Source: Candidatus Kaiserbacteria bacterium (GTDB lineage Bacteria > Patescibacteriota > Minisyncoccia > Phycocordibacterales > Phycocordibacteraceae). Taken from it: a stretch of DNA of 64,000 nucleotides. The position numbers were made by a program, and so were the translations under genes. The DNA lies in assembly GCA_963699165.1 (NCBI GenBank), contig OY969413.1:141984-205983 (forward strand), written 5' to 3'. The notes under the pieces were generated by a model, which did no database searches, had not been told where the DNA came from, and saw only the letters and a list, made by a program, of their open reading frames with translations. Within the stretch, counting starts at the first letter, position 1; each line of letters starts with the position of its first letter. This document shows, in pieces, positions 1 through 8,994 of the stretch.

Positions 1-938
1 ATAACAATGATGCGCACCTGGCCCTTCTTGAGTTTCTCGTCGCGCATGATGCCGAAGATGACCTTCGCATTCTTGTCGACGGATTCGCCGACCACTTTCG
101 CCGCTTCCTGCACTTCCAAAATGCCGAGGTCGTCCGAACCGGCGACGACGAAGAGCACGCCTTTCGCGCCGCTGATGGACACATCGAGGAGCGGAGAATT
201 TACCGCCTGCTGCGCGGCATCCTTTGCGCGGTTGTCGCCCTCGGCGATGCCGATGCCCATAAGCGCCGGACCCGCGCCTTCCATAATCGCCTTGATGTCG
301 TTGAAGTCGGTGTTGATGTCGCCCGGCGTCGTGATGATGTCGGACACGCCCTCGACCGCCTGCCGCAAAATTTCATCGCACAGAGCAAACGCATTTTTCG
401 CGGACGTGTCTTTGTCTACTATGGCGAGCAGCTTGTCGTTCGGAATGACGATGAATGCATCAACTTCCTTTTTAAGTTCCGCAAGTCCGCGCTCCGCGAT
501 TTCCTTTCGCTGCGCGCCTTCAAACGCAAACGGCTTCGTGACGACTGCGATGACAAGCGCGCCGACCTCCTTTGCGATTTTCGCGACAATGGCGGATGCG
601 CCGGTGCCCGTGCCGCCGCCCATGCCGCAAGTGATGAACACCATGTCGCTTCCCGAAAGCGCCTCCTGAATCTCCTGACGAGTTTCTTCCGCTGCGCGGC
701 GTCCGAGTTCCGGATTCATGCCGGTGCCAAGCCCGCGCGTCAGATTCTTGCCGATGTGAATTTTGCGCTTCGCGAGCGAGCGGTGCAGGTCTTGTGCATC
801 GGAATTTACGGCGATGAATTCGACGCCGCCGACTTTCGATTCAATCATATGATTAATCGCATTTTTGCCCGAGCCGCCGACTCCGACGACACGAATCCGT
901 GCAAAGGTCTCAATTTCTGGCGCAACGCGTTTTGACAT
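1..938 (-). CDS. ftsZ: Cell division protein FtsZ (3' end outside window)
   Basis: Minus strand from ATG 938 reads MSKRVAPEIETFARIRVVGVGGSGKNAIN and contains the tubulin signature GMGGGTGTG; directly downstream of ftsA. Confidence 0.97.
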   Translation of the reverse strand, partial: MSKRVAPEIETFARIRVVGVGGSGKNAINHMIESKVGGVEFIAVNSDAQDLHRSLAKRKIHIGKNLTRGLGTGMNPELGRRAAEETRQEIQEALSGSDMVFITCGMGGGTGTGASAIVAKIAKEVGALVIAVVTKPFAFEGAQRKEIAERGLAELKKEVDAFIVIPNDKLLAIVDKDTSAKNAFALCDEILRQAVEGVSDIITTPGDINTDFNDIKAIMEGAGPALMGIGIAEGDNRAKDAAQQAVNSPLLDVSISGAKGVLFVVAGSDDLGILEVQEAAKVVGESVDKNAKVIFGIMRDEKLKKGQVRIIV

Positions 939-1024
939 ATAAATATAAAATTGGTCTGTTTCCGCCATGATAGCAGAGCTGAGCAATATGCAAATATTGA
1001 CAATTCACCGAGGCAATCTGAGGT

Positions 1025-2182
1025 TTACGGCAAGAATTGTTGCAGGAACTTCCCGAAGGTTGCGCCCATGCTTTTCTTCGGTGCAGTCGTATCGCCGGTG
1101 AGTCCCCAAAACGCAAGTCCGTACGCGACGGCCCAGGTCGCGTCGCGAATTTTCGTATCGGCGGAAATGCGAAACTCCGCAAGTCGCGCCGGAAGTTTGA
1201 GCGACCCTTTCGCAATGTCGCTGATGGAGCCGACGCCCGCGCCGCCGCCCGAGATGATGATTCCGGCCGGAAGCGGGCCGCGCCGTCCGAGCGATTTCAA
1301 ATGCTTGTCGATGAGCGCAAACATCGTGTTCAAGCGATTCGCGATAAAATCATCGACTTTTTTGCGCGGATACATTTGTCCCGAAAGCCGTCCGATTTTT
1401 ACCCGTTCCGCTTCTTCGAGCGAAATGCGGAAACCAAGCGCAATGTCGTCGGTGATGTGCGCCGAGCCCATCGGAAACACTTTTACCGAGATGGGTATGT
1501 TTTCGTCATACACGACGATTGACACCGTCTCGGCGCCGATGTTCGCAAGCACGCATCCTTTCATTTTCTGGTCGCCTTCAAGCAGAACGTACGAGCCCGC
1601 GAGCGGGGAAGCCATCCGGTCAATGATTTCAATGTCGGCGTCTTCGACCGCGGCCGCGAGCGCCTCCTCGTGCTGGGCAAGACAGGTCACAAAAAGATAA
1701 TCGATGTCGAGCTTGACGCCTTTCATGCCGACGGGGTCGCCAAGCACCTTGTTGCCGTCAATGCGGTATTCGAGCGGAATGCTGTGCAGCACATGGCGGT
1801 TGAGAAAGCCCGGTGCGGCTGCTTCGCGCGCCGCCTTGCCCGCTTTTTCCAGGTCGAGCGCTGTGATTTCTTGGTCGGCGCGGGAAATTATCGCCGAGCC
1901 GCTTGCGCGCGCTTCATCGAGCGAGATGCCGCCGATCGCCAAAAAAGCGGCGCGTATCGGAACCCGCGCCACCGACTCCGCCTGCCGCTTCGCTTCGCGG
2001 ATACTGACCGTAACCTCTTCTTTATTGACGATGTAGCCGTGACGCAGCCCTTTTGATTCCGCGAGCCCGGTGCCGAGGATGCGGCGCTGACGCACACCGC
2101 TTTTATCGGTGAGTTCCTCGATGACGACCATTTTCACTTGGTACGTCCCGATGTCGATTCCGGTTGCTATGCGTCGTGACAT
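1025..2182 (-). CDS. ftsA: Cell division protein FtsA
   Basis: IATGIDIGT..K and NIGAETVS actin-fold motifs, IISGGGA; precedes ftsZ. Confidence 0.95.
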   Translation of the reverse strand: MSRRIATGIDIGTYQVKMVVIEELTDKSGVRQRRILGTGLAESKGLRHGYIVNKEEVTVSIREAKRQAESVARVPIRAAFLAIGGISLDEARASGSAIISRADQEITALDLEKAGKAAREAAAPGFLNRHVLHSIPLEYRIDGNKVLGDPVGMKGVKLDIDYLFVTCLAQHEEALAAAVEDADIEIIDRMASPLAGSYVLLEGDQKMKGCVLANIGAETVSIVVYDENIPISVKVFPMGSAHITDDIALGFRISLEEAERVKIGRLSGQMYPRKKVDDFIANRLNTMFALIDKHLKSLGRRGPLPAGIIISGGGAGVGSISDIAKGSLKLPARLAEFRISADTKIRDATWAVAYGLAFWGLTGDTTAPKKSMGATFGKFLQQFLP

Positions 2183-2585
2183 GTGTAAGGGCGCGCGCGT
2201 CGCTTGCGGCGAATTTAGCCACAAGCTTCCGTTCGCATTGCTCCATAGTAGCGCCATGAGCCCATCCCTTCAAATGGAGTAATCCGTGGATAAACAAATA
2301 CAGCACAAAATCGCGTCCGCTAAGACCGTACTGCGGCGCCTGCTTTTCGGCTTCGCTCGGGCAAATGATAATCTCGCCGCTTCGCTTGCCGACTTCATAG
2401 GACAATACGTTTGGAGTGTATGTCTTGTCGCGCAGCTTTTCGTTGAGCCGCCGTGCCTTTGCCGGTCCGACAAACGCGAGCGAGATGCTCCAGTTCGGCA
2501 ACACGCTTTTGGCAACATCATCGTATGCAAAACGCGGCACCGATTTGCGCCGCGTTAAGTTCTGTATCGAAACAGCACCCTCCAT
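2103..2585 (-). CDS. ybeY: rRNA maturation endoribonuclease YbeY
   Basis: LNEKLRDKTYTPNVLSY and HGLLHLKGWAH (HxxxHxxGxxH) motifs. Confidence 0.9.
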   Translation of the reverse strand: MEGAVSIQNLTRRKSVPRFAYDDVAKSVLPNWSISLAFVGPAKARRLNEKLRDKTYTPNVLSYEVGKRSGEIIICPSEAEKQAPQYGLSGRDFVLYLFIHGLLHLKGWAHGATMEQCERKLVAKFAASDARALTHVTTHSNRNRHRDVPSENGRHRGTHR

Positions 2586-2587
2586 TT

Positions 2588-2848
2588 TTAGCGCTTGCCG
2601 CGTGTCTTACGGGCTGCCGGGTCAATCTTGCCGAGTTTGACGAGTTCGTTGTAGTTTTCGCGGCGTGCCTTCGAGACGAGCGCCCGCTTGTGAACCGTGT
2701 TCTTTGATTCGGTGCGCTTTTGATAGCGGCGGTCGCGCATCTCGCGCACAAGACCGAGGCCCTGCGCGCGGCGGGTAAAACGGCGAATAAGAGCGGCCGA
2801 ACTCTCGTTCTTGCCGCGGCGGACCTCAACTCGTGTTCCTGCGTTCAT
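2588..2848 (-). CDS. rpsU: 30S ribosomal protein bS21-like
   Basis: Small basic protein, VEVRRGKNESSAALIRRFTRR...MRDRRY pattern of bS21. Confidence 0.7.
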   Translation of the reverse strand: MNAGTRVEVRRGKNESSAALIRRFTRRAQGLGLVREMRDRRYQKRTESKNTVHKRALVSKARRENYNELVKLGKIDPAARKTRGKR

Positions 2849-2933
2849 GTGGAGGGGATTCTAGCACACCCGTGTCTTGCTTGTCTATGCCGCGCCGCCG
2901 AAACGCGTTTTGCACAGGTCTCTTTTTGCGGCC

Positions 2934-2961
2934 TTGACTCAAAAATAGGAGGGTGTAGATT
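2934..2961 (+). promoter_or_regulatory. sigma70-type promoter of candidate ncRNA
   Basis: TTGACT-16 nt-TAGATT immediately upstream of the structured region. Confidence 0.55.
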
Positions 2962-2966
2962 CCGAC

Positions 2967-3331
2967 ATAAGCCGACCCTTTCCCAATCGTGATGTTCCCG
3001 CCAGTGACAGCACAAAAGGGGAGAAATCGAACGGGAAAGGCCGGCATGGCATCGTCCAGTCGCCGCGAAGCTGAAACGAAAGAAGTGTGAGACATGGGTC
3101 TCGAGGACTCATAAGTCAAACGCTCGAGCGGAGCGACCATTCGCAAACGACCATCATCGTCGAGGAAAAACTCGCGGGATGATGGTCACACGGAGAGCCG
3201 AATGACGGCTCTTCAGAAAGATGGGGATTCGCGCCGATGTTATCGGTTTGCGAGTTTGTCTGAACCAAGGACCGAACTCGATGGATTGCGTTGCTTTAAG
3301 CGCATCCGTCGAGACCGGTCCTTTTGCTTTT
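2967..3331 (+). ncRNA. Candidate ~360-nt multi-hairpin structured RNA, family not recognised
   Basis: Six consecutive stems with G-U pairs on the + strand, no credible ORF, promoter upstream, final hairpin followed by T-tract. Confidence 0.65.
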
Positions 3332-3359
3332 ATGACCATAAAATTTGCATACGGGAAGC

Positions 3360-4291
3360 TGTACTAAGTCAACGCGTTGTTGACACTTTCTAGGTACGCC
3401 TCGAGTCTTCCGAATGGAGTTGTTCCGAGCGATTGGTGAATGCGGGTCTGGTTGTACCAGTCCACAAACGCATACAAATAGCGTCGGCGATGGGCTCGAG
3501 AGATGTGATTGGAACGTGTCTTCCCGTGCCATTCGGTCATGAGGGTTTTGATGAATCGCTCCGCTTTTCCATTGGTCCAGGGATGCTTCACTTTCGTGAA
3601 CGCTTGGCTCATGCCCGTTTCCCTGCAGAGTGCCGCCACCGGATGATCCGGTCGTCCCCGGTACTCGCTCCCGTTGTCGGAATAGATGCCGGTCACGGGG
3701 AACGGCAATACTCGCTTGCTCTCGGCGAGGAACATGGCGGCCGAGTATGCGGTCTTGTCGGGGAAGATATCGGCAAAGGCGGTACGAGAGTAGTCGTCAA
3801 TGGCGACAAATAGGTATTCTCTCGGTTGCGCGGCGGCTTCTCCTCGCAGGAGCGGCAGGCGCTTGGTATCGAGATGCAGCATTTCACCCGGTATCGATTT
3901 CTCGTATCGGTTCAATCGATGGGCTTTGCGGGCGAGCTTCTCTCCCACGCGCTTTTCGGTGCGAGCAAGCTTTTGGAACCCGTACAGGATGGTGCGATAT
4001 CGGTGATTCATCGAGGAACGATTCTCGAAGACGTTCAGTCGGGCATCTTTAAGTGTCTCGTATACGGTTTCTCGGGAGACTTTGTATTCTCGGGCCAAAT
4101 GGGTCGCTTGAGCTCCCATACCCCATCTGCGGAACATCTCACGCCGTTGGTACGGCAACAATTTGGTATTCTTGTGCATGCAAGAGGCGCTAACGATTAA
4201 ATGGTCTGAACACCAAAATCGTACCGCGCCTTTTGCGCTTTCAATGAACTCGTCGACGCGAAAAGTGTCAACAACCCGATACTAACGTACA
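3360..4291 (-). mobile_element. IS481-family element (932 bp)
   Basis: 31-bp imperfect IRs starting TGTAC and sharing GTTGTTGACACTTT; 8-bp direct repeat CGGGAAGC at 3352-3359 and 4292-4299. Confidence 0.92.
3364..4179 (-). CDS. IS481-family DDE transposase
   Basis: N-terminal HTH; HLDTK, VAIDDYSR, SDNGSEY, NGKAERFIKT rve core. Confidence 0.93.
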   Translation of the reverse strand: MHKNTKLLPYQRREMFRRWGMGAQATHLAREYKVSRETVYETLKDARLNVFENRSSMNHRYRTILYGFQKLARTEKRVGEKLARKAHRLNRYEKSIPGEMLHLDTKRLPLLRGEAAAQPREYLFVAIDDYSRTAFADIFPDKTAYSAAMFLAESKRVLPFPVTGIYSDNGSEYRGRPDHPVAALCRETGMSQAFTKVKHPWTNGKAERFIKTLMTEWHGKTRSNHISRAHRRRYLYAFVDWYNQTRIHQSLGTTPFGRLEAYLESVNNALT

Positions 4292-4299
4292 CGGGAAGC

Positions 4300-4327
4300 T
4301 TGACAGATAAAATACAGTACGTATTCT
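4300..4327 (+). promoter_or_regulatory. sigma70-type promoter between two IS, originally driving gene 5222
   Basis: TTGACA-16 nt-TATTCT; removing the IS1595 element places it ~50 nt upstream of the AAGGAG SD of 5222. Confidence 0.55.
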
Positions 4328-4351
4328 GCTTCGAGACAACAGCACTCCGAA

Positions 4352-5195
4352 GGGTATTCAGACTCTGTTGGCACAGCTCCCGTATCATGGAAGCTATGTA
4401 CACGCTCAAACAAATTCCGTCTGAAGTGCAGATTAGAAAGTTTTTGCGGCGAACGTTGTTCGGAAAGAATGTGTTTTGCCCGCTCTGCCGCTCGCGCAGG
4501 ATTGTGCGGTACGAAGACCGGTACCGGTGTGTTGCCTGCCGCCGAAGGTTCTCGCTCCTCTCGCATACCTGGCTCTCAAACCTCAAGCTTCCGCTCCAGA
4601 CGTGGTGGATGCTCCTCTGGTGCTGGACGATACGAGAACCCGTCTTGCAGGCCATGGAGCTCACGCATTTGCCTGAACGAACGATACGCCGCTGGTATGC
4701 CACCTTTCGTGAGCATTTGCCCCAAGAAGAGTATATTCTCGAGCGTATCGTGCAGATGGACGAGGCATATTTCAAGAACGCAGCTCTCGTGATGGCCAAG
4801 CAGAAAGGAACGAGAAAGCTTGCCTATACCGTCATGCACAATCGCTTCCCGAACAAGACGGACGTGATGGACTTTCTCTTTGCCAAAGTGAAGCCGGGGA
4901 GCGAGTTGTGGACCGATGGCGGTTCGATATACCGGGGTGTCGGCAAGCGATGGCCGGTCTCCCACAGCAGAGACATTCATTCAAAATTCGAGTTCGAACA
5001 TACCTCCGAAATCGAAGGCGTGTTCGGCGTATACCGCACCTTTGTGCGGAGGATGTATCATCATCACTGGAGCGAGAACCTCGAGCAATACGTGAGGGAA
5101 TTCTGCTTCAGATTTTCCTCACCGGAATTGTTCGGAAATCCGCGCACTTACTTATTAAAATCATTAACGCTTGTGCCAACTCGTTCTTAATACCC
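4352..5195 (+). mobile_element. IS1595-family element (844 bp)
   Basis: IRs GGGTATTCAGACTCTGTTGGCACA / GGGTATTAAGAACGAGTTGGCACA; 8-bp TSD ACTCCGAA at 4344-4351 and 5196-5203. Confidence 0.9.
4387..5190 (+). CDS. IS1595-family transposase
   Basis: Zn ribbon CPLC..CVAC, VQMDEAY, WTDGGSIY, HTSEIEG, YVREFCFRF. Confidence 0.92.
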   Translation: MEAMYTLKQIPSEVQIRKFLRRTLFGKNVFCPLCRSRRIVRYEDRYRCVACRRRFSLLSHTWLSNLKLPLQTWWMLLWCWTIREPVLQAMELTHLPERTIRRWYATFREHLPQEEYILERIVQMDEAYFKNAALVMAKQKGTRKLAYTVMHNRFPNKTDVMDFLFAKVKPGSELWTDGGSIYRGVGKRWPVSHSRDIHSKFEFEHTSEIEGVFGVYRTFVRRMYHHHWSENLEQYVREFCFRFSSPELFGNPRTYLLKSLTLVPTRS

Positions 5196-5221
5196 ACTCC
5201 GAACGTCAAGGAGAATAATTC

Positions 5222-5746
5222 ATGGCAAATCGCGTCGCGGCCGTCCTCGTGATCCTGTTCCTCGCCGCTTCGATGGTGTCCCCGTCGATTGTTGCGGCCC
5301 AGGAAGCCCCGGTAGCGGCCTCGAAGGCAGATGTAACGCCGTCGCCGTCCGCCGAAACCATAGCCGGTCCAACCCCTACCCCGACCCCCTCGAATGGCAA
5401 CTATTCGGCGCGAACCAGGGAGGAGATGGCTCGCGTTGATGAGTCGGTTATCGACAGCGCCGGCTCCCGAAATACTCACCATGTTCTTCAGTACGCGGGT
5501 GCCGCATTGTTTGCGTGGGACATGTACGCCACGCAAGCTCGTGGCAATCAGTGCACAACGCCCGGTTGGATAGACCGCCCGATGTTCCATAATCCCGAAG
5601 TGTCGGTCGGATTCGGCATCGCGGTTGGCGCGATCATTCATTTCGTACCAAACAAGCCGTGGGGAAATGCGCTCCTCGGTCTGTTTGACGGCGTTGACGC
5701 GGTCAACGACCTCGCGTGGCGAAACAGGTGCAAGCCCGCCTCCTAA
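5222..5746 (+). CDS. Hypothetical secreted/membrane protein
   Basis: SD AAGGAG, signal peptide ending AAQE, Pro/Thr linker, GC hairpin after stop. Confidence 0.7.
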   Translation: MANRVAAVLVILFLAASMVSPSIVAAQEAPVAASKADVTPSPSAETIAGPTPTPTPSNGNYSARTREEMARVDESVIDSAGSRNTHHVLQYAGAALFAWDMYATQARGNQCTTPGWIDRPMFHNPEVSVGFGIAVGAIIHFVPNKPWGNALLGLFDGVDAVNDLAWRNRCKPAS

Positions 5747-5802
5747 AACTAGCCCCCGCTCGCCGCATGCGACGAGCGGGGGCGCGTATTTGAATGACAA
5801 TA

Positions 5803-6945
5803 TTATGCAAATGTCCTCAACCGCTCCGCGAGATTGGCAATGGGCAGCATCGTTTCTTCCTGCGTCTGACGATTGCGCAGAATCGCCGAGCCCTCAAGCG
5901 CTTCTTTGCGTCCCATGATGAGGAGATACGGATTGGCGCGCGTCTCGGCGAGATGCAATTGCTCGGTGAGCGATTCGATGCCGATATTTTGCACGATAGG
6001 CACATGCGCTTTTTTAAAGTCCTCCGCGAGACGGATGGAAAGCCGTTTTGCCTCGTCGCCGATGTGGACGAACGTGAAGCGCAGGCGCGGCTGCGGCGGA
6101 TTTTTTACGACCTTTCCTTCCGTCGGCAGTTGGAGAATCGCACAGGTCGCATTGAACGGCGCTTTGGGAAAAAAGTGGCGGGTGAAGTCGCTGTAACGCG
6201 AACCCCATGCAAGCGTGCGGCCGGCGGCGCTGACTTCGAAACAGGTATCGTTCCAAACGTTGCCGCGGCTGATGAGGTTGCGCGCAAGTTCGTACGGAGT
6301 TTCCGTCATTTCAAGATATTCGAGCAAATCCTCAAAACGTTTGCGGCTCGCGTCCGAGAGCTGTTCCGTTGGGGCCGGAAGATCGTCGGCGTATTCGTTT
6401 GCGATGGCAAGTTCGGCCGCTTCAAACGTATCGCGCTTCGCGCAATTGACGCACTCCTCGGGCAATATCGCGGCGCGTTTCTTGAAAAAGTTCCCGAGCT
6501 CGCGCGCGTAGCGCGCGCGTGTCTCTTTGTCGCCCATGGAATTGATGCGAAGCACCGGTTCTTCGTGAAAAATGTCGCGGACAAGCGCGAGAAGCGCGCG
6601 GATGACGACGACGTCCGCAATCGCGCGGTCGCTCCCGAGCGCGTGGAATTGCACAATTGCTTTTTTCTGCGCCGGACGGCCGGGCGCGATATTGGTATGC
6701 CAAATGAAAAGCGGTTGGCGCGGATTCGGCACGGCTTCGATGTTTTGAACGTGCTTCAAAAAACCGGCGACGATTTCAGCGGAGGAATCGATCGAGACGC
6801 CCGCAAGCGATTCGGGATATACCGCCGGTTTGCGCGCGCCGCGCGCTTTGAGCGTAATCGCTGACAACGGCGTGAAGCCGTAGTATTGACCAACCGCATG
6901 CGCTTTGTGCAGGATTTCTTCGGCCGAAATAGTATCTCGCGTCAT
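5803..6945 (-). CDS. Histidyl-tRNA synthetase-like paralogue (class II aaRS fold with anticodon-binding domain)
   Basis: YYGF N-terminus, LRINSMGD, WGSRY, C-terminal EQLHLAE..PYLLIMG HGTP-type domain; ATGA overlap with lepB. Confidence 0.75.
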   Translation of the reverse strand: MTRDTISAEEILHKAHAVGQYYGFTPLSAITLKARGARKPAVYPESLAGVSIDSSAEIVAGFLKHVQNIEAVPNPRQPLFIWHTNIAPGRPAQKKAIVQFHALGSDRAIADVVVIRALLALVRDIFHEEPVLRINSMGDKETRARYARELGNFFKKRAAILPEECVNCAKRDTFEAAELAIANEYADDLPAPTEQLSDASRKRFEDLLEYLEMTETPYELARNLISRGNVWNDTCFEVSAAGRTLAWGSRYSDFTRHFFPKAPFNATCAILQLPTEGKVVKNPPQPRLRFTFVHIGDEAKRLSIRLAEDFKKAHVPIVQNIGIESLTEQLHLAETRANPYLLIMGRKEALEGSAILRNRQTQEETMLPIANLAERLRTFA

Positions 6946-7535
6946 GGCGTCAGGGGATTTGTCGCGGCAGTTGCCGCTGAGGAGCTTGCATATGAAGCGC
7001 GGCCGGGAAGCGCGCCGAATTCCCGTATGGGAAGCACGCGCAGGTCGACGCGGCCGATGATGTTCTTTCTCGGCAACGGTCCCCACACGCGGCTGTCTGA
7101 GCTGTTCGGCCGGTTGTCGCCCATGACGAAGTATTCGCCCGGATTGAGCGTAACGGTGTTCGTGTATGTCGCGTCTTCGTTCACGATATAGGGCTCGCTG
7201 AGCGTGAAGCTTTGACCGTTCGGTTCGGTGATTGAGACGACGCCGTTGTCAATGGCGACCGTTTCGCCCGGCAAACCGATGATTCGCTTGATGTAAAATA
7301 CGGACGGGTCGCCCGGGTAGCGGAAGACGATGACATCGCCGCGCGCCGGCGCTTTTAGGTCGTACACAAGCTCGTCGACGATGAGATAGTCGAGGTTTTC
7401 GAACGTGGGGTGCATCGACTCGCCGTCCACGACGAACGGGGACGCGACGAAGATGCGAATCGGTATTACAAAGACTACGATGAGAAATGCAAGCGTGAAA
7501 AGATCCTTCAGAAGACCCTTTCCTGTGTCATTCAT
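6942..7535 (-). CDS. lepB: Signal peptidase I
   Basis: GESMHPT (Ser), YIKRIIGLPGE (Lys), GDNRPNSSDSR. Confidence 0.95.
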   Translation of the reverse strand: MNDTGKGLLKDLFTLAFLIVVFVIPIRIFVASPFVVDGESMHPTFENLDYLIVDELVYDLKAPARGDVIVFRYPGDPSVFYIKRIIGLPGETVAIDNGVVSITEPNGQSFTLSEPYIVNEDATYTNTVTLNPGEYFVMGDNRPNSSDSRVWGPLPRKNIIGRVDLRVLPIREFGALPGRASYASSSAATAATNPLTP

Positions 7536-7674
7536 AAAGGCATTGTACTTGCTCCGCACTAACTTGCAAGCAATCCTCAAAGAAGTCATGTTGCGATCGC
7601 ATGGAAAAGTCAGTGCCGGGGCGCATGCACACACGGTACGCAAGTTTTTGGAAGCACATGGTACTATCGTTTGC

Positions 7675-8271
7675 ATGGCACTCGTAATCGTGGGGCTTGG
7701 AAATCCGGGAAAGGAATACGAAAAGACGCGGCACAACGCGGGAAGAAGCGCCGTCGAGCTTTTGGCGAAGCAAGAGGGCTTCGATGAATTCGTTTTTAAT
7801 AAAACCAGCAATGCGCTCGTGAGCAAAGGCGCAATTGAAGGAGAGAATGCGGCCTTAGTACTTCCCGAAACGATGATGAATCTTTCGGGGAAGGCGGTTG
7901 CGGCGTTTGTGAAGTCGCCGAAAGCGGCAAAAACTCTTTTGGTCGTGCATGACGACCTCGATTTGCCGCTCGGCACCGTCAAAATGGTTTTCGGGCGCGG
8001 CAGCGGCGGCCATAAGGGTGTCGAAAGCATCATGCGCGCAATTAAAACGAAGGACTTTGCGCGCATCCGTATCGGCATCAGCGCGGAAGGCAAACGCAAT
8101 CAAGCGAAAAAGGTCTCGGGCGAAGAAAAAGTCATCAAACACGTCATCGGGAAGTTTAAGTCGACCGAAGAGGCGGCGCTCAAGAAAGTTTTAATGAAAT
8201 CCGCGGAAGCCATCCGTCTTTTTGCGTCCGAAGGAATCGAGTCGGCAACGCAATTTGCGAATACGAGATAG
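7675..8271 (+). CDS. pth: Peptidyl-tRNA hydrolase
   Basis: IVGLGNPG.EY.KTRHNAG, MNLSG, HDDLD, GGHKG. Confidence 0.96.
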   Translation: MALVIVGLGNPGKEYEKTRHNAGRSAVELLAKQEGFDEFVFNKTSNALVSKGAIEGENAALVLPETMMNLSGKAVAAFVKSPKAAKTLLVVHDDLDLPLGTVKMVFGRGSGGHKGVESIMRAIKTKDFARIRIGISAEGKRNQAKKVSGEEKVIKHVIGKFKSTEEAALKKVLMKSAEAIRLFASEGIESATQFANTR

Positions 8272-8276
8272 GTTGC

Positions 8277-8310
8277 GCATATTGACATGGCATTGTCAAT
8301 ATGCTAGTGT
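8277..8310 (+). promoter_or_regulatory. Promoter with perfect 11-bp inverted repeat over the -35 box
   Basis: GCATATTGACA-6 nt-TGTCAATATGC; TTGACA-17 nt-TAGTGT. Confidence 0.5.
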
Positions 8311-8351
8311 GCTAAATAACGAGGCAGTTGCTTACTGTTTCGACAAAACCA

Positions 8352-8924
8352 ATGTCAAATCTACTAGGAGCCCTAATCGGCTTTTTGCTTTTGTCGGGGG
8401 CGATGGCGCAATCGGCGACCCCCCAGGCAATAGCTCCGGTTCAACCGAGTTACCCCGTAACTCTGACGGCCTATAACGCCGTACCGGCGCAGACCAAAAG
8501 CGACCCCTCGACAACCGCTTCCGGCGCATACTCGAATCCCGAGATTGTCGCCGCCCGCTCCCGTGACCTTGCGGATGAACTGCCGTTCGGCACGATTATT
8601 GAAATCGACGCTCCCGCAGATCCGGATTCGGACGGCAAATGCGGTTATGATACCGTCGCGCCAATCATCGGGTATCGAGTCATCGCCGATACGATGAATG
8701 ACCGGTACACCAACCACATCGATGTTTTATTTAATACCAAGGCGAACTACATCATGAACGACGGAAGCGTGAAGAATGCAAGCAATGTGCTTGGCGTGTG
8801 TAGTGGCGTAACGGCCCGCGTTGTCGGATATATCGATATGAAAAATAACCCGCTTCCAAAGACACAGTCGGAACTTGCCGCAATCGTCGAGGGGCGCGCA
8901 TCTGCACCGCTTGCGGATAAATAA
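8352..8924 (+). CDS. Secreted 3D-domain (MltA-like) protein
   Basis: VTLTAYN..QT..DP..TASG, LPFGT, ADTMN.RY..HIDV; N-terminal signal. Confidence 0.8.
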   Translation: MSNLLGALIGFLLLSGAMAQSATPQAIAPVQPSYPVTLTAYNAVPAQTKSDPSTTASGAYSNPEIVAARSRDLADELPFGTIIEIDAPADPDSDGKCGYDTVAPIIGYRVIADTMNDRYTNHIDVLFNTKANYIMNDGSVKNASNVLGVCSGVTARVVGYIDMKNNPLPKTQSELAAIVEGRASAPLADK

Positions 8925-8994
8925 TAAAAATCGGTGCGCAAAAAAGCGCGGTCCGCCTTAGGCGGGCCGCGCATTTTTGCGCTATGCTTTCAAG

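Noticed and set aside
7-669. Long antisense ORFs in the ORF track (e.g. 7-669, 5794-6864, 16688-17590, 38213-39142)
   Set aside because: Shadows of real genes on the opposite strand in GC-rich DNA; no motifs
2950-3330. tmRNA or RNase P identity for the structured RNA (GCAAACGAC resembles an ANDxx resume codon; GAGGAAAA resembles P4)
   Set aside because: No tRNA-like ends or TTCGA T-loop, the reading frame does not end in an AA-type tag, and the complementary RNase P P4 strand is absent
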